From Eledone cirrhosa (Eukaryota): a DNA stretch of 64,000 bases. The stretch lies in the NCBI GenBank assembly GCA_964016885.1, contig OZ024740.1:44392001-44456000 (forward strand). Reading direction: 5' to 3'. Below, piece by piece: positions 1 to 14,300 of the stretch. Position 1 is the stretch's first letter. Every line of letters begins with the position of its first letter. Below the pieces are notes generated by a model that was given only the letters and a program-made list of their open reading frames with translations, searched no databases and was not told the DNA's origin. Made by a program: the position numbers and the translations under genes.

Positions 1-204
1 AAGAGATTGAAGCTATTGATACACTGATTAAACTGTTGTAGGTTCTCTTTTGGAATACAATGTGGATGGTGAGGGAGTTAGAGGGTTCAAAGTTCTGGAC
101 AGGAAGGATTGAAGGTGGGAATCCTGGGAAGGTGAGGGAAAAGACAAGAAGAACAGGGTCTAGTGGTCAGGGGGAAATATAAGAGTGGGATTGGGCACAA
201 CTAG

Positions 205-440
205 GTGATGAGAGTTACAGTGGTCTATGTTCTGGAAAGGAAGGACTAGCTGTAGTGGTTAGTGTGAGACCTAGGAAGAGGGGTCAGACATGAGTGATGA
301 GAAGAGGATAAACAAGTGAATGAAGAATGCCTGAATGGAGGTAACATGAGGCTAGTAAGTTATGAGAAGCAGAGACCCTTGTAGTGGTGGGAAATGTAGC
401 GAAAGGGAGCAACACTAGATCAGTGAACCAGATGTAAGAG
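205..440 (-). mobile_element. Decayed 3' end of a CR1/Jockey-type LINE ORF2
   Basis: Manual minus-strand translation gives LLHLVH*SSVAPFRYISHHYKGLCFS*LTSLMLPPFRHSSFTCLSSSHHSCLTPLPRSHTNHYS*SFLSRT. This resembles the LINE C-terminal pattern 'L..L.HRR.V..L..FY.YY.G.CS.EL..L.PP...R.R...Y..SF.PRT' and has several stops. Confidence 0.55.
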
Positions 441-640
441 TGTGTCTGTATGTTGAGCACAGACTATTGTAGTAATGGTAGAAGAAGCTAGTGGTGGTAG
501 TGGTGCATGATATAAATAAAATATATATAATATCAGCTAATTTCACAGAAAATAGAAAAGATATGCTAATACTGTCAACAATCTTATACTTACAACCACT
601 AATATTAACACCACCACCACTGACACCACACCCACTACCT

Positions 641-1557
641 AAACATAGGTAGTGTTACTAGACATGTATATAGTATCACTAGAAACATAGGTCGTGTTAC
701 TAGACATGTATATAATATTACTAGAAACATAGGTACTGTTACTAGACTTTATATAGTATCGCTAGAAACATAGGTACTGTTACTAGACATGTATATAGTA
801 TCACTAGAAACATAGGTAGTATTACTAGACATGTATATAGTATTAGTTGAAACATAGGTAGTGCTACTAGACATGTATATAGTATTACTAGAAACATAGG
901 TATTGTTACTAGACATGTATATAGTATCACTAGAAACATAAGTATTGTTACTAGACATGTATATAGTATTACTAGAAACATAGGTAGTGTTACTAGACAT
1001 TATATAGTATTACTAGAAACATAGGTAGTGTTACTAGACATTATATAGTATCATTAGAAACATAGGTAGTGTTACTAGACATGTATATAGTATTACTAGA
1101 AACATAGGTAGTGTTACTAGACATTATATAGTATTACTAGAAACATAGGTATTGTTACTAGACATTATATAGTATCACAAAAAACATAGGTATTGTTACT
1201 AGACATGTTTATAGTATCACTAGAAACATAGGTAGTGTTACTAGACATGTATATAGTATTACTAGGAACATATGTAGTGTTACTAGACATGAATATAGTA
1301 TCACTAGAAACATAGATATTGTTACTAGACATGTATATAGCATCACTAGAAACATAGGTAGTGATACTAAACATGAATATATTATCACTAGAAACATAGC
1401 TATTGTTACTAGACATTATATATTATTACTAGAAACAGATGTATTGTTACTAGACATGTATATAGTATTACGAGAAACAGGTATTTTTACTAGACATGTA
1501 TATAATATCACTAGAAACATTGGTATTGTTACTAGACATGTATATAGTATTACTAGA
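641..1557 (-). repeat. Inverted block (~22 monomers) of the 42-bp satellite
   Basis: Tandem GTATATAGTATCACTAGAAACATAGGTAGTGTTACTAGACAT, the reverse complement of the main-array monomer. Orientation flips at ~1557-1563 (...TATTACTAGA-GAAAAT-ATGTCTAGTAAC...). Confidence 0.97.
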
Positions 1558-2319
1558 GAAAATATGTCTAGTAACTATGTCTAGTACCAATACCTATGTT
1601 TCTAGTGATACTATATACATGTCTAGTTACAATACTTATGTTTCTAGTAATACTATATAATGTCTAGTAACACTACTTATGTTTCTAGCGATACTATATA
1701 CATGTCTAGTTACAATACTTATGTTTCAAGTGATACTATATAATGTATAGTAACACTACCTATGTTTCTAGCGATACTATATACATGTCTAGCTACAATA
1801 CCTATGTTTCTAGTGATACTATATACATGTCTAGTAACAATACCTGTTTCTAGTAATACTATATACATGTCTAGTAACACTACCTCTGTTTCTAGTAATA
1901 CTATATAATGTCTAGTACCATACCTATGTTTCTAGTGATAATATATACATGTCTACTAACACTACCTATGTTTCTAGTGATACTATATACATGTCTAGTA
2001 ACAATACCTATGTGTCTATACAATATACATGTCTAGTAACACTACCTATGTTTCAAGTGATACTCTATACATGTCTAGTAACACTACCTATGTTTCTAGT
2101 GATATTATATACATGTCTGATAACACTACCTAAGTTTGAAGTGATACTATATAATGTTTAGTAACACTACCTATGTTTCTAGTAATACTATATAATGTCT
2201 AGTAACACTACCTATGTTTCTAGTAATAATATATACATGTCTAGTAACACTACCTATATTTCTAGTGATATAATATACATGTCTAGTAACACTACCTATG
2301 TTTCTAGTAATACTATAAA

Positions 2320-5300
2320 ATGTCTAGTAACAATACCTATGTTTCTAGTGATACTATATACATGTCTAGCAACAATACATATGTTTCTAGTGATACTATA
2401 TAATGTCTAGTAACAATAACTATGTTTCTGGTGATACTATATACATGTCTAGTTAAAATACCTATGTTTCTAGTATACTATATAATGTCTAGTAACATAC
2501 CTATGTTTCTAGTAATACTATATACATGTCTAGGAACACTACCTATGTTTCTAGTGATACTATATACATGTCTAGTAACACTACCTATGTTTCTAGTGAT
2601 ACTATATAATGTCTAGTAAAAATACCTATGTTTCTAGTGATATTATATACATGTCTAGTAATAATACTATATACATGTCTAGTAACACTACCTATGTTTC
2701 TAGTAAGACTATATACATGTCTAGTAACACTACCTTTGTTTCTAATGATACTATATACATATCTACTAACAATACCTATGTTTCTAGTGATACTATATAA
2801 TGTCTAGTAACAATACCTATGTTTCTAGTAATATTATATACATGTCTAGCAACAATACCTATGTTTCTAGTGATACTATATAATGTCTAGTAACACTACC
2901 TATATTTCTAGTGATAATATTTACATGTCTATTAACAATACCTATGTTTCTAGTAATATTATATACATGTCTAGTAAAAAATACCTATGTTTCTAGTAAT
3001 ACTATATAATGTTTAATAACAGGACATATGTTTCTAGTGATACTATATACATGTCTAGTAAAAATACCTACGTTTCTAGTGATACTATATAATGTCTAGT
3101 AACACTACCTATGTTTCTAGTAATACTATATGCAAGTCTAGTAATAACAATACCTATGTTTCTAGTGATACTATATAATGTCTAATAACAATACCTATGT
3201 TTCTAGTGATACTATATAATGTCTAATAAAAATACATATATTTCTAGTAATACTATATACATGTCAAGTACCAATACCTATGTTTCTAGTGATACTATAT
3301 AATGTCTAGTAACACTACCTATGTTTCTAGTAATACAATATACATGTCTAGTAACAATACTTATGTTTCTAGTGATACGATATACATGTCTAGTAACAAT
3401 ACCTATGTTTCTAGTAATACTATATTCATGTCTAGTAAGAATACCTATGTCTCTAGTAATACTATATACATGTCTAGTAACAATATCTATGTTTCTAGTG
3501 ATAATATATTCATGTCTAGTAACAAAACATATGTTTCTAGTAATACAATATAATGTCTAGTACCATACCTATGTTTCTAGTGATACTGTATACATGTATA
3601 GTAACACTAACTATGTTTCAAGTCATACTATATACATGTCTAGTAACAATATCTATGTTTCTAGTGATACTATATACATGTCTAGTAACATTACCTATGT
3701 TTCTAGTGATGCTATATACATATCTAGTAACAATACCTATGTTTCTAGTAATACTATATACACGTCTAGTAACAATACCTATGTTTCTAGTGATACTTTA
3801 TAATGTCTAGTAACAATACCTCTGTTTCTAGTAATACTATATAATGCCTAGTACCATACCTATGTTTCTAGTGATACTATATAATGTCTAGTAACACTAC
3901 CTATGTTTCTAGTGATACTATATACATGTCTAGTAACAATACCTATGTGTCTAATAATACAATATACACGTCTAGTAACACTACCTATGTTTCTAGTGAT
4001 ATTATATACATGTCTAGTAACACTACCTAAGTTTCAAGTGATACTATATAATGTCTAGTAACACTACTTATGTTTTTAGTAATACTATATAATGTCTAGT
4101 AACACTACCTATGTTTCTAGTAGTACTATATACATGTGTAGTAACACTACCTATGTTTCTAGTAATACTATATAATGTCTAGTAACACTACCTATGTTTC
4201 TAGTAATACTATATACATGTCTAGTAACACTACCTATGTTTCGAGCTATACTATATACATGTCTAGTAACACTACCTATATTTCTAGTGATACTATATAC
4301 ATGTCTAGTAACACTACCTATGTTTCTAGTGATACAATATACATGTCTAGTAACATTACCTATGTTTTTAGTGATACTATATAATGTCTAGTAACAATAC
4401 CTATGTTTCTAGCGATACTATATACATGTCTAGTAACAATACCTATGTTTCTAGCAATGCTATATAATGTCTAGTAACACTACCTATGTTTCTATTAAAT
4501 ACTATATACATGTCTAGTAACAATAGCTATGTTTCTAGTGATACTATATAATGTCTAGTAACAATACCTATGTTTCTAGTAATACATGTCTTGTCACAAT
4601 ACCTATGTTTCTAATGATATTATATACATGTATAGTAACACTACCTATGTTTCTGGAGATACTATATACATGTCTAGTAATAATACGTATGTTTCTAGTA
4701 TACTATATAAGGTCTAGTAACAATACCTATGTTTCTAGTAATACTATATACATGTCTAGTAACACTACCTATGTTTCTTGTGATACTACATACATGTCTA
4801 GTAACACTACCTATGTTTCTAGTGATACTATATACATGTCTAGTAACACTACCTATGTTTCTAGTGATAATATATAATGTCTAGTAACACTACCTATGTT
4901 TCTAGTGATACTATATAATGTCTAGTAACAATACCTATGTTTCTAGTAATACATGTCTTGTCACAGTACCTATGTTTCTAATGATATTATATACATGTAT
5001 AGTAACACTACCTGTGTTTCTGGAGATACAATATACATGTCTAGTAACAATACGTATGTTTCTAGTATACTATATAAGGTCAGGTAACAATACCTATGTT
5101 TCTAGTAATACTATATAATGTCTAGTAAAAATACCTATGTTTCTAGTGATATTATATACATGTCTAGTAATAATACTATATACATATCTAGTAACACTAC
5201 CTATGTTTCTAGTGATACTATATACATGTCTAGTAACACTACCTTTGTTTCTAATAATACTATATACATGTCTACTAATAATACCTATGTTTCTAGTGAT

Positions 5301-8300
5301 AATATATACATGTCTAGTAACAATACCTATGTTTCTAGTGATACTATATACATGTGTAGTACCAATACCTATGTTTCTAGTAATACTATATAATGTCTAG
5401 CAACAATACCTCTGTTTCTAGTGATAATATATAATGTCTAGTAAAACTACCTATGTTACTAGTGATAATATTTACATGTCTATTAACAATACCTGTGTTT
5501 CTAGTAATATTATATACGTGTCTAGTAAAAAATACCTATGTTTCTAGTAATACTATATAATGTTTAATAACACGACATGTGTTTCTAGTGATACTATATA
5601 CATGTCTAGTAAAAATACCTACGTTTCTAGTGCTACTATATAATGTCTAGTAACACTACCTATGTTTCTAGTAATACTATATGCATGTCTAGTAATAACA
5701 ATACCTATGTTTCTAGTGATACTATATAATGTCTAATAACAATACCTATGTTTCTAGTGATACTATATAATGTGTAATAAAAATACATATATTTCTAGTA
5801 ATACTATATACATGTCTAGTAACAATACCTATGTTTCTAGTGATACTATATAATGTCTACTAACTATGTCTAGTACCAATACCTATGTTTCTAGTGATAC
5901 TATATACATGTCTAGTTACAATACTTATGTTTCTAGTAATACTATATAATGTCTAGTAACACTACTTATGTTTCTAGCGATACTATATACATGTCTAGTT
6001 ACAATACTTATGTTTCTAGTAATACTATATAATGTCTAGTAACACCACCTATGTTTCCAGCGATACTATATACATGTCTAGCTACAATACCTATGTTTCT
6101 GGTGAAACTATATACATGTCTAGTAACAATATCTATGTTTCTAGTAATACTATATACATGTCTAGTAACACTACCTCTGTTTCTAGTAATACTATATAAT
6201 GTCTAGTAGCATACCTATGTTTCTAGTGATAATATATATATGTCTACTAACACTACCTATGTTTCTAGTGATATTATATACATGTCTAGTAACACTACCT
6301 ATGTTTCTAGTGATACTATACACATGTCTAGTAACAATACCTATGTTTCTAGCGATATTATATACGTGTCTAGTAACACTACCCATGTTTCTAGTGATAC
6401 TATATAATGTCTAGTAAAAATACCTATGTTTCTAGTGATATTATATACAAGTCTAGTAATAATACCTATGTTTCTAGTGATACTATATACATGTTTAGTA
6501 ACAATACCTATGTTTCTAGTGATACTATATAATGTCTAGTACCATACCTATATTTCTAGTGATACTGTATACATGTATAGTAACACTAACTATGTTTCAA
6601 GTCATACTATATACATGTCTAGTAACAATATCTATGTTTCTAGTGATACTATATACATGTCTAGTAACAATACCTATGTTTCTTGTGATGCTATATACAT
6701 ATCTAGTAACAATACCTATGTTTCTAGTAATACTATATACACGTCTAGTAACAATACCTATGTTTCTAGTGATACTTTATAATGTCTAGTAACAATACCT
6801 CTGTTTCTAGTAAAACTATATAATGCCTAGTACCATACCTATGTTTCTAGTGATACTATATAATGTCTAGTAACACTACCTATGTTTCTTGTGATACTAT
6901 ATACATGTCTAGTAACAATACCTATGTGTCTAATAATACAATATACACGTCTAGTAACACTACCTATGTTTCTAGTGATATTATATACATGTCTAGTAAC
7001 ACTACCTAAGTTTCAAGTGATACTATATAATGTCTAGTAACACTACTTATGTTTTTAGTAATACTATATAATGTCTAGTAACACTACCTATGTTTCTAGT
7101 AATACTATATAATGTCTAGTAACACTAACTATGTTTCTAGTAATACTATATACATGTCTAGTAACACTACCTATGTTTCGAGCTATACTATATACATGTC
7201 TAGTAACACTACCTATGTTTCTAGCGATACTATATACATGTCTAGTTACAATACTTATGTTTCAAGTGATACTATATAATGTCTAGTACCATACCTATGT
7301 TTCAAGTAATACTATATACATGTCTAGTAACACTACCTATGTTTCTAGTGATACTATATACATGTCTAGTAACACTACCTATGTTTCTAGTGATACTATA
7401 TAATGTCTAGTAACACTACCTATGTTTCTAGTGATACTATATAATGTCTAGTAACAATACCTATGTTTCTAGTAATACATGTCTTGTCACAGTACCTATG
7501 TTTCTAATGATATTATATACATGTATAGTAACACTACCTGTGTTTCTGGAGATACAATATACATGTCTTGTAACAATACGTATGTTTCGAGTATACTATA
7601 TAAGGTCAGGTAACAATACCTATGTTTCTAGTAATACTATATAATGTCTAGTAAAAATACCTATGTTCTAGTGATATTATATACATGTCTAGTAATAATA
7701 CTATATACATGTCTAGTATCACTACCTATGTTTCTAGTGATACTATATACATGTCTAGTAACACTACCTTTGTTTCTAATAATACTATATACATGTCTAC
7801 TAACAATACCTATGTTTCTAGTGATAATATATACATGTCTAGTAACAATACCTATGTTTCTAGTAATAATATACACATGTCTAGTAATACTACATATGTT
7901 TCTAGTGATACTATATACATGTGTAGTACCAATACCTATGTTTCTAGTAATACTATATAATGTTTAATAACACGACATGTGTTTCTAGTGATACTATATA
8001 CATGTCTAGTAAAAATACCTACGTTTCTAGTGATACTATATAATGTCTAGTAACACTACCTATGTTTTTAGTAATACTATATGCATGGCTAGTAATAACA
8101 ATACCTATGTTTCTAGTGATACTATATAATGTCTAATAACAATACCTATGTTTCTAGTGATACTATATAATGTCTACTAACTATGTCTAGTACCAATACC
8201 TATGTTTCTAGTGATACTATATACATGTCTAGTTACAATACTTATGTTTCTAGTAATACTATATAATGTCTAGTAACACTACTTATGTTTCTAGCGATAC

Positions 8301-11300
8301 TATATACATGTCTAGTTACAATACTTATGTTTCTAGTAATACTATATAATGTATAGTAACACCACCTATGTTTCCAGCGATACTATATACATGTCTAGCT
8401 ACAATACCTATGTTTCTAGTAATACTATATACATGTCTAGTAACACTACCTCTGTTTCTAGTAATACTATATAATGTCTAGTAGCATACCTATATTTCTA
8501 GTGATAATATATATATGTCTACTAACACTACCTATGTTTCTAGTGATACTATATACATGTCTAGTAACACTACCTATGTTTCTAGTGATATTATACACAT
8601 GTCTAGTAACAATACCTATGTTTCTAGCGATATTATATACATGTCTAGTAACACTACCTATGTTTCTAGTGATACTATATAATGTCTAGTAAAAATACCT
8701 ATGTTTCTAGTGATATTATATACAAGTCTAGTAATAATACCTATGTTTCTAGTAATACTATATACATGTCTAGTAACAATACCTATGTTTCTAGTAATAC
8801 TTGATAATGTCTAGTAACACTACCTATATTTCTAGTGATATAATATACATGTCTAGTAACACTAACTATGTTTCAAGTCATACTATATACATGTCTAGTA
8901 ACAATATCTATGTTTCTAGTGATACTATATACATGTCTAGTAACATTACCTATGTTTCTTGTGATGCTATATACATATCTAGTAACAATACCTATGTTTC
9001 TAGTAATACTATATACACGTCTAGTAACAATACCTATGTTCCTAGTGATACTTTATAATGTCTAGTAACAATACCTCTGTATTTAGTAAAACTATAAAAT
9101 GCCTAGTACCATACCTATGTTTCTAGTGATACTATATAATGTCTAGTAACACTACCTATGTTTCTTGTGATACTATATACATGTCTAGTAACAATACCTA
9201 TGTGTCTAATAATACAATATACACGTCTAGTAACACTACCTATGTTTCTAGTGATATTATATACATGTCTAGTAACACTACCTAAGTTTCAAGTGATACT
9301 ATATAATGTCTAGTAACACTACTTATGTTTTTAGTAATACTATATAATGTCTAGTAACACTACCTATGTTTCTAGTAGTACTATATACATGTGTAGTAAC
9401 ACTACCTATGTTTCTAGTAATACTATATAATGTCTAGTAACACAAACTATGTTTCTGGTAATACTATATACATGTCTAGTAACACTACCTATGTTTCGAG
9501 CTATACTACATACAAGTCTAGTAACACTACCTACGTTTCTAGCGATACTATATACATGTCTAGTTACAATACTTATGTTTCAAGTGATACTATATAATGT
9601 CTAGTAACAATACCTATGTTTCAAGTAATACTATATACATGTCTAGTAAGAATACCTATGTTTCTAGTGATACTATATAATGTCTAGTAACATTACCTAT
9701 GTTTCTGGTGATACTATATACATGTCTAGTAACACTACCTATGTTTCTAGTAATACTATATACATTTCTAGTAACACTACCTTTGTTTCTAATGATACTA
9801 TATACATATCTACTAACAATACCTATGTTTCTAGTGATACTATATACATGTCTAGTAACAATACCTATTTTTTAGTGATACTATATAAATGTCTAGTAAC
9901 AATACCTATGTTTCTAGTGATACTATATACATGTCTAGCAACAATACATATGTTTCTAGTGATACTATATAATGTCTAGTAACAATAACTATGTTTCTGG
10001 TGATACTATATACATGTCTAGTTAAAATACCTATGTTTCTAGTATACTATATAATGTCTAGTAACATACCTATGTTTCTAGTAATACTATATACATGTCT
10101 AGGAACACTACCTATGTTTCTAGTGATACTATATACATGTCTAGTAACACTACCTATGTTTCTAGTGATACTATATAATGTCTAGTAAAAATACCTATGT
10201 TTCTAGTGATATTATATACATGTCTAGTAATAATACTATATACATGTCTAGTAACACTACCTATGTTTCTAGTAAGACTATATACATGTCTAGTAACACT
10301 ACCTTTGTTTCTAATGATACTATATACATATCTACTAACAATACCTATGTTTCTAGTGATACTATATAATGTCTAGTAACAATACCTATGTTTCTAGTAA
10401 TATTATATACATGTCTAGCAACAATACCTATGTTTCTAGTGATACTATATAATGTCTAGTAACACTACCTATATTTCTAGTGATAATATTTACATGTCTA
10501 TTAACAATACCTATGTTTCTAGTAATATTATATACATGTCTAGTAAAAAATACCTATGTTTCTAGTAATACTATATAATGTTTAATAACAGGACATATGT
10601 TTCTAGTGATACTATATACATGTCTAGTAAAAATACCTACGTTTCTAGTGATACTATATAATGTCTAGTAACACTACCTATGTTTCTAGTAATACTATAT
10701 GCATGTCTAGTAATAACAATACCTATGTTTCTAGTGATACTATATAATGTCTAATAACAATACCTATGTTTCTAGTGATACTATATAATGTCTAATAAAA
10801 ATACATATATTTCTAGTAATACAATATACATGTCTAGTAACAATACTTATGTTTCTAGTGATACGATATACATGTCTAGTAACAATACCTATGTTTCTAG
10901 TAATACTATATTCATGTCTAGTAAGAATACCTATGTCTCTAGTAATACTATATACATGTCTAGTAACAATATCTATGTTTCTAGTGATAATATATTCATG
11001 TCTAGTAACAAAACATATGTTTCTAGTAATACAATATAATGTCTAGTACCATACCTATGTTTCTAGTGATACTGTATACATGTATAGTAACACTAACTAT
11101 GTTTCAAGTCATACTATATACATGTCTAGTAACAATATCTATGTTTCTAGTGATACTATATACATGTCTAGTAACATTACCTATGTTTCTAGTGATGCTA
11201 TATACATATCTAGTAACAATACCTATGTTTCTAGTAATACTATATACACGTCTAGTAACAATACCTATGTTTCTAGTGATACTTTATAATGTCTAGTAAC

Positions 11301-14300
11301 AATACCTCTGTTTCTAGTAATACTATATAATGCCTAGTACCATACCTATGTTTCTAGTGATACTATATAATGTCTAGTAACACTACCTATGTTTCTAGTG
11401 ATACTATATACATGTCTAGTAACAATAACTATGTGTCTAATAATACAATATACACGTCTAGTAACACTACCTATGTTTCTAGTGATATTATATACATGTC
11501 TAGTAACACTACCTAAGTTTCAAGTGATACTATATAATGTCTAGTAACACTACTTATGTTTTTAGTAATACTATATAATGTCTAGTAACACTACCTATGT
11601 TTCTAGTAGTACTATATACATGTGTAGTAACACTACCTATGTTTCTAGTAATACTATATAATGTCTAGTAACACTACCTATGTTTCTAGTAATACTATAT
11701 ACATGTCTAGTAACACTACCTATGTTTCGAGCTATACTATATACATGTCTAGTAACACTACCTATATTTCTAGTGATACTATATACATGTCTAGTAACAC
11801 TACCTATGTTTCTAGTGATACAATATACATGTCTAGTAACATTACCTATGTTTTTAGTGATACTATATAATGTCTAGTAACAATACCTATGTTTCTAGCG
11901 ATACTATATACATGTCTAGTAACAATACCTATGTTTCTAGTAATGCTATATAATGTCTAGTAACACTACCTATGTTTCTATTAAATACTATATACATGTC
12001 TAGTAACAATAGCTATGTTTCTAGTGATACTATATAATGTCTAGTAACAATACCTATGTTTCTAGTAATACATGTCTTGTCACAATACCTATGTTTCTAA
12101 TGATATTATATACATGTATAGTAACACTACCTATGTTTCTGGAGATACTATATACATGTCTAGTAACAATACGTATGTTTCTAGTATACTATATAAGGTC
12201 TAGTAACAATACCTATGTTTCTAGTAATACTATATACATGTCTAGTAACACTACCTATGTTTCTTGTGATACTACATACATGTCTAGTAACACTACCTAT
12301 GTTTCTAGTGATACTATATACATGTCTAGTAACACTACCTATGTTTCTAGTGATACTATATAATGTCTAGTAACACTACCTATGTTTCTAGTGATACTAT
12401 ATAATGTCTAGTAACAATACCTATGTTTCTAGTAATACATGTCTTGTCACAGTACCTATGTTTCTAATGATATTATATACATGTATAGTAACACTACCTG
12501 TGTTTCTGGAGATACAATATACATGTCTAGTAACAATACGTATGTTTCTAGTATACTATATAAGGTCAGGTAACAATACCTATGTTTCTAGTAATACTAT
12601 ATAATGTCTAGTAAAAATACCTATGTTTCTAGTGATATTATATACATGTCTAGTAATAATACTATATACATATCTAGTAACACTACCTATGTTTCTAGTG
12701 ATACTATATACATGTCTAGTAACACTACCTTTGTTTCTAATAATACTATATACATGTCTACTAATAATACCTATGTTTCTAGTGATAATATATACATGTC
12801 TAGTAACAATACCTATGTTTCTAGTAATAATATACACATGTCTAGTAATACTACATATGTTTCTAGTGATACTATATACATGTGTAGTACCAATACCTAT
12901 GTTTCTAGTAATACTATATAATGTCTAGCAACAATACCTCTGTTTCTAGTGATAATATATAATGTCTAGTAAAACTACCTATGTTTCTAGTGATAATATT
13001 TACATGTCTATTAACAATACCTGTGTTTCTAGTAATATTATATACGTGTCTAGTAAAAAATACCTATGTTTCTAGTAATACTATATAATGTTTAATAACA
13101 CGACATGTGTTTCTAGTGATACTATATACATGTCTAGTAAAAATACCTACGTTTCTAGTGCTACTATATAATGTCTAGTAACACTACCTATGTTTCTAGT
13201 AATACTATATGCATGTCTAGTAATAACAATACCTATGTTTCTAGTGATACTATATAATGTCTAATAACAATACCTATGTTTCTAGTGATACTATATAATG
13301 TGTAATAAAAATACATATATTTCTAGTAATACTATATACATGTCTAGTAACAATACCTATGTTTCTAGTGATACTATATAATGTCTACTAACTATGTCTA
13401 GTACCAATACCTATGTTTCTAGTGATACTATATACATGTCTAGTTACAATACTTATGTTTCTAGTAATACTATATAATGTCTAGTTACACTACTTATGTT
13501 TCTAGCGATACTATATACATGTCTAGTTACAATACTTATGTTTCTAGTAATACTATATAATGTCTAGTAACACCACCTATGTTTCCAGCGATACTATATA
13601 CATGTCTAGCTACAATACCTATGTTTCTGGTGATACTATATACATGTCTAGTAACAATACCTATGTTTCTAGTAATACTATATACATGTCTAGTAACACT
13701 ACCTCTGTTTCTAGTAATACTATATAATGTCTAGTAGCATACCTATGTTTCTAGTGATAATATATATATGTCTACTAACACTACCTATGTTTCTAGTGAT
13801 ATTATATACATGTCTAGTAACACTACCTATGTTTCTAGTGATACTATACACATGTCTAGTAACAATACCTATGTTTCTAGCGATATTATATACGTGTCTA
13901 GTAACACTACCCATGTTTCTAGTGATACTATATAATGTCTAGTAAAAATACCTATGTTTCTAGTGATATTATATACAAGTCTAGTAATAATACCTATGTT
14001 TCTAGTGATACTATATACATGTTTAGTAACAATACCTATGTTTCTAGTGATACTATATAATGTCTAGTACCATACCTATATTTCTAGTGATACTGTATAC
14101 ATGTATAGTAACACTAACTATGTTTCAAGTCATACTATATACATGTCTAGTAACAATATCTATGTTTCTAGTGATACTATATACATGTCTAGTAACAATA
14201 CCTATGTTTCTTGTGATGCTATATACATATCTAGTAACAATACCTATGTTTCTAGTAATACTATATACACGTCTAGTAACATTACCTATGTTTCTTGTGA

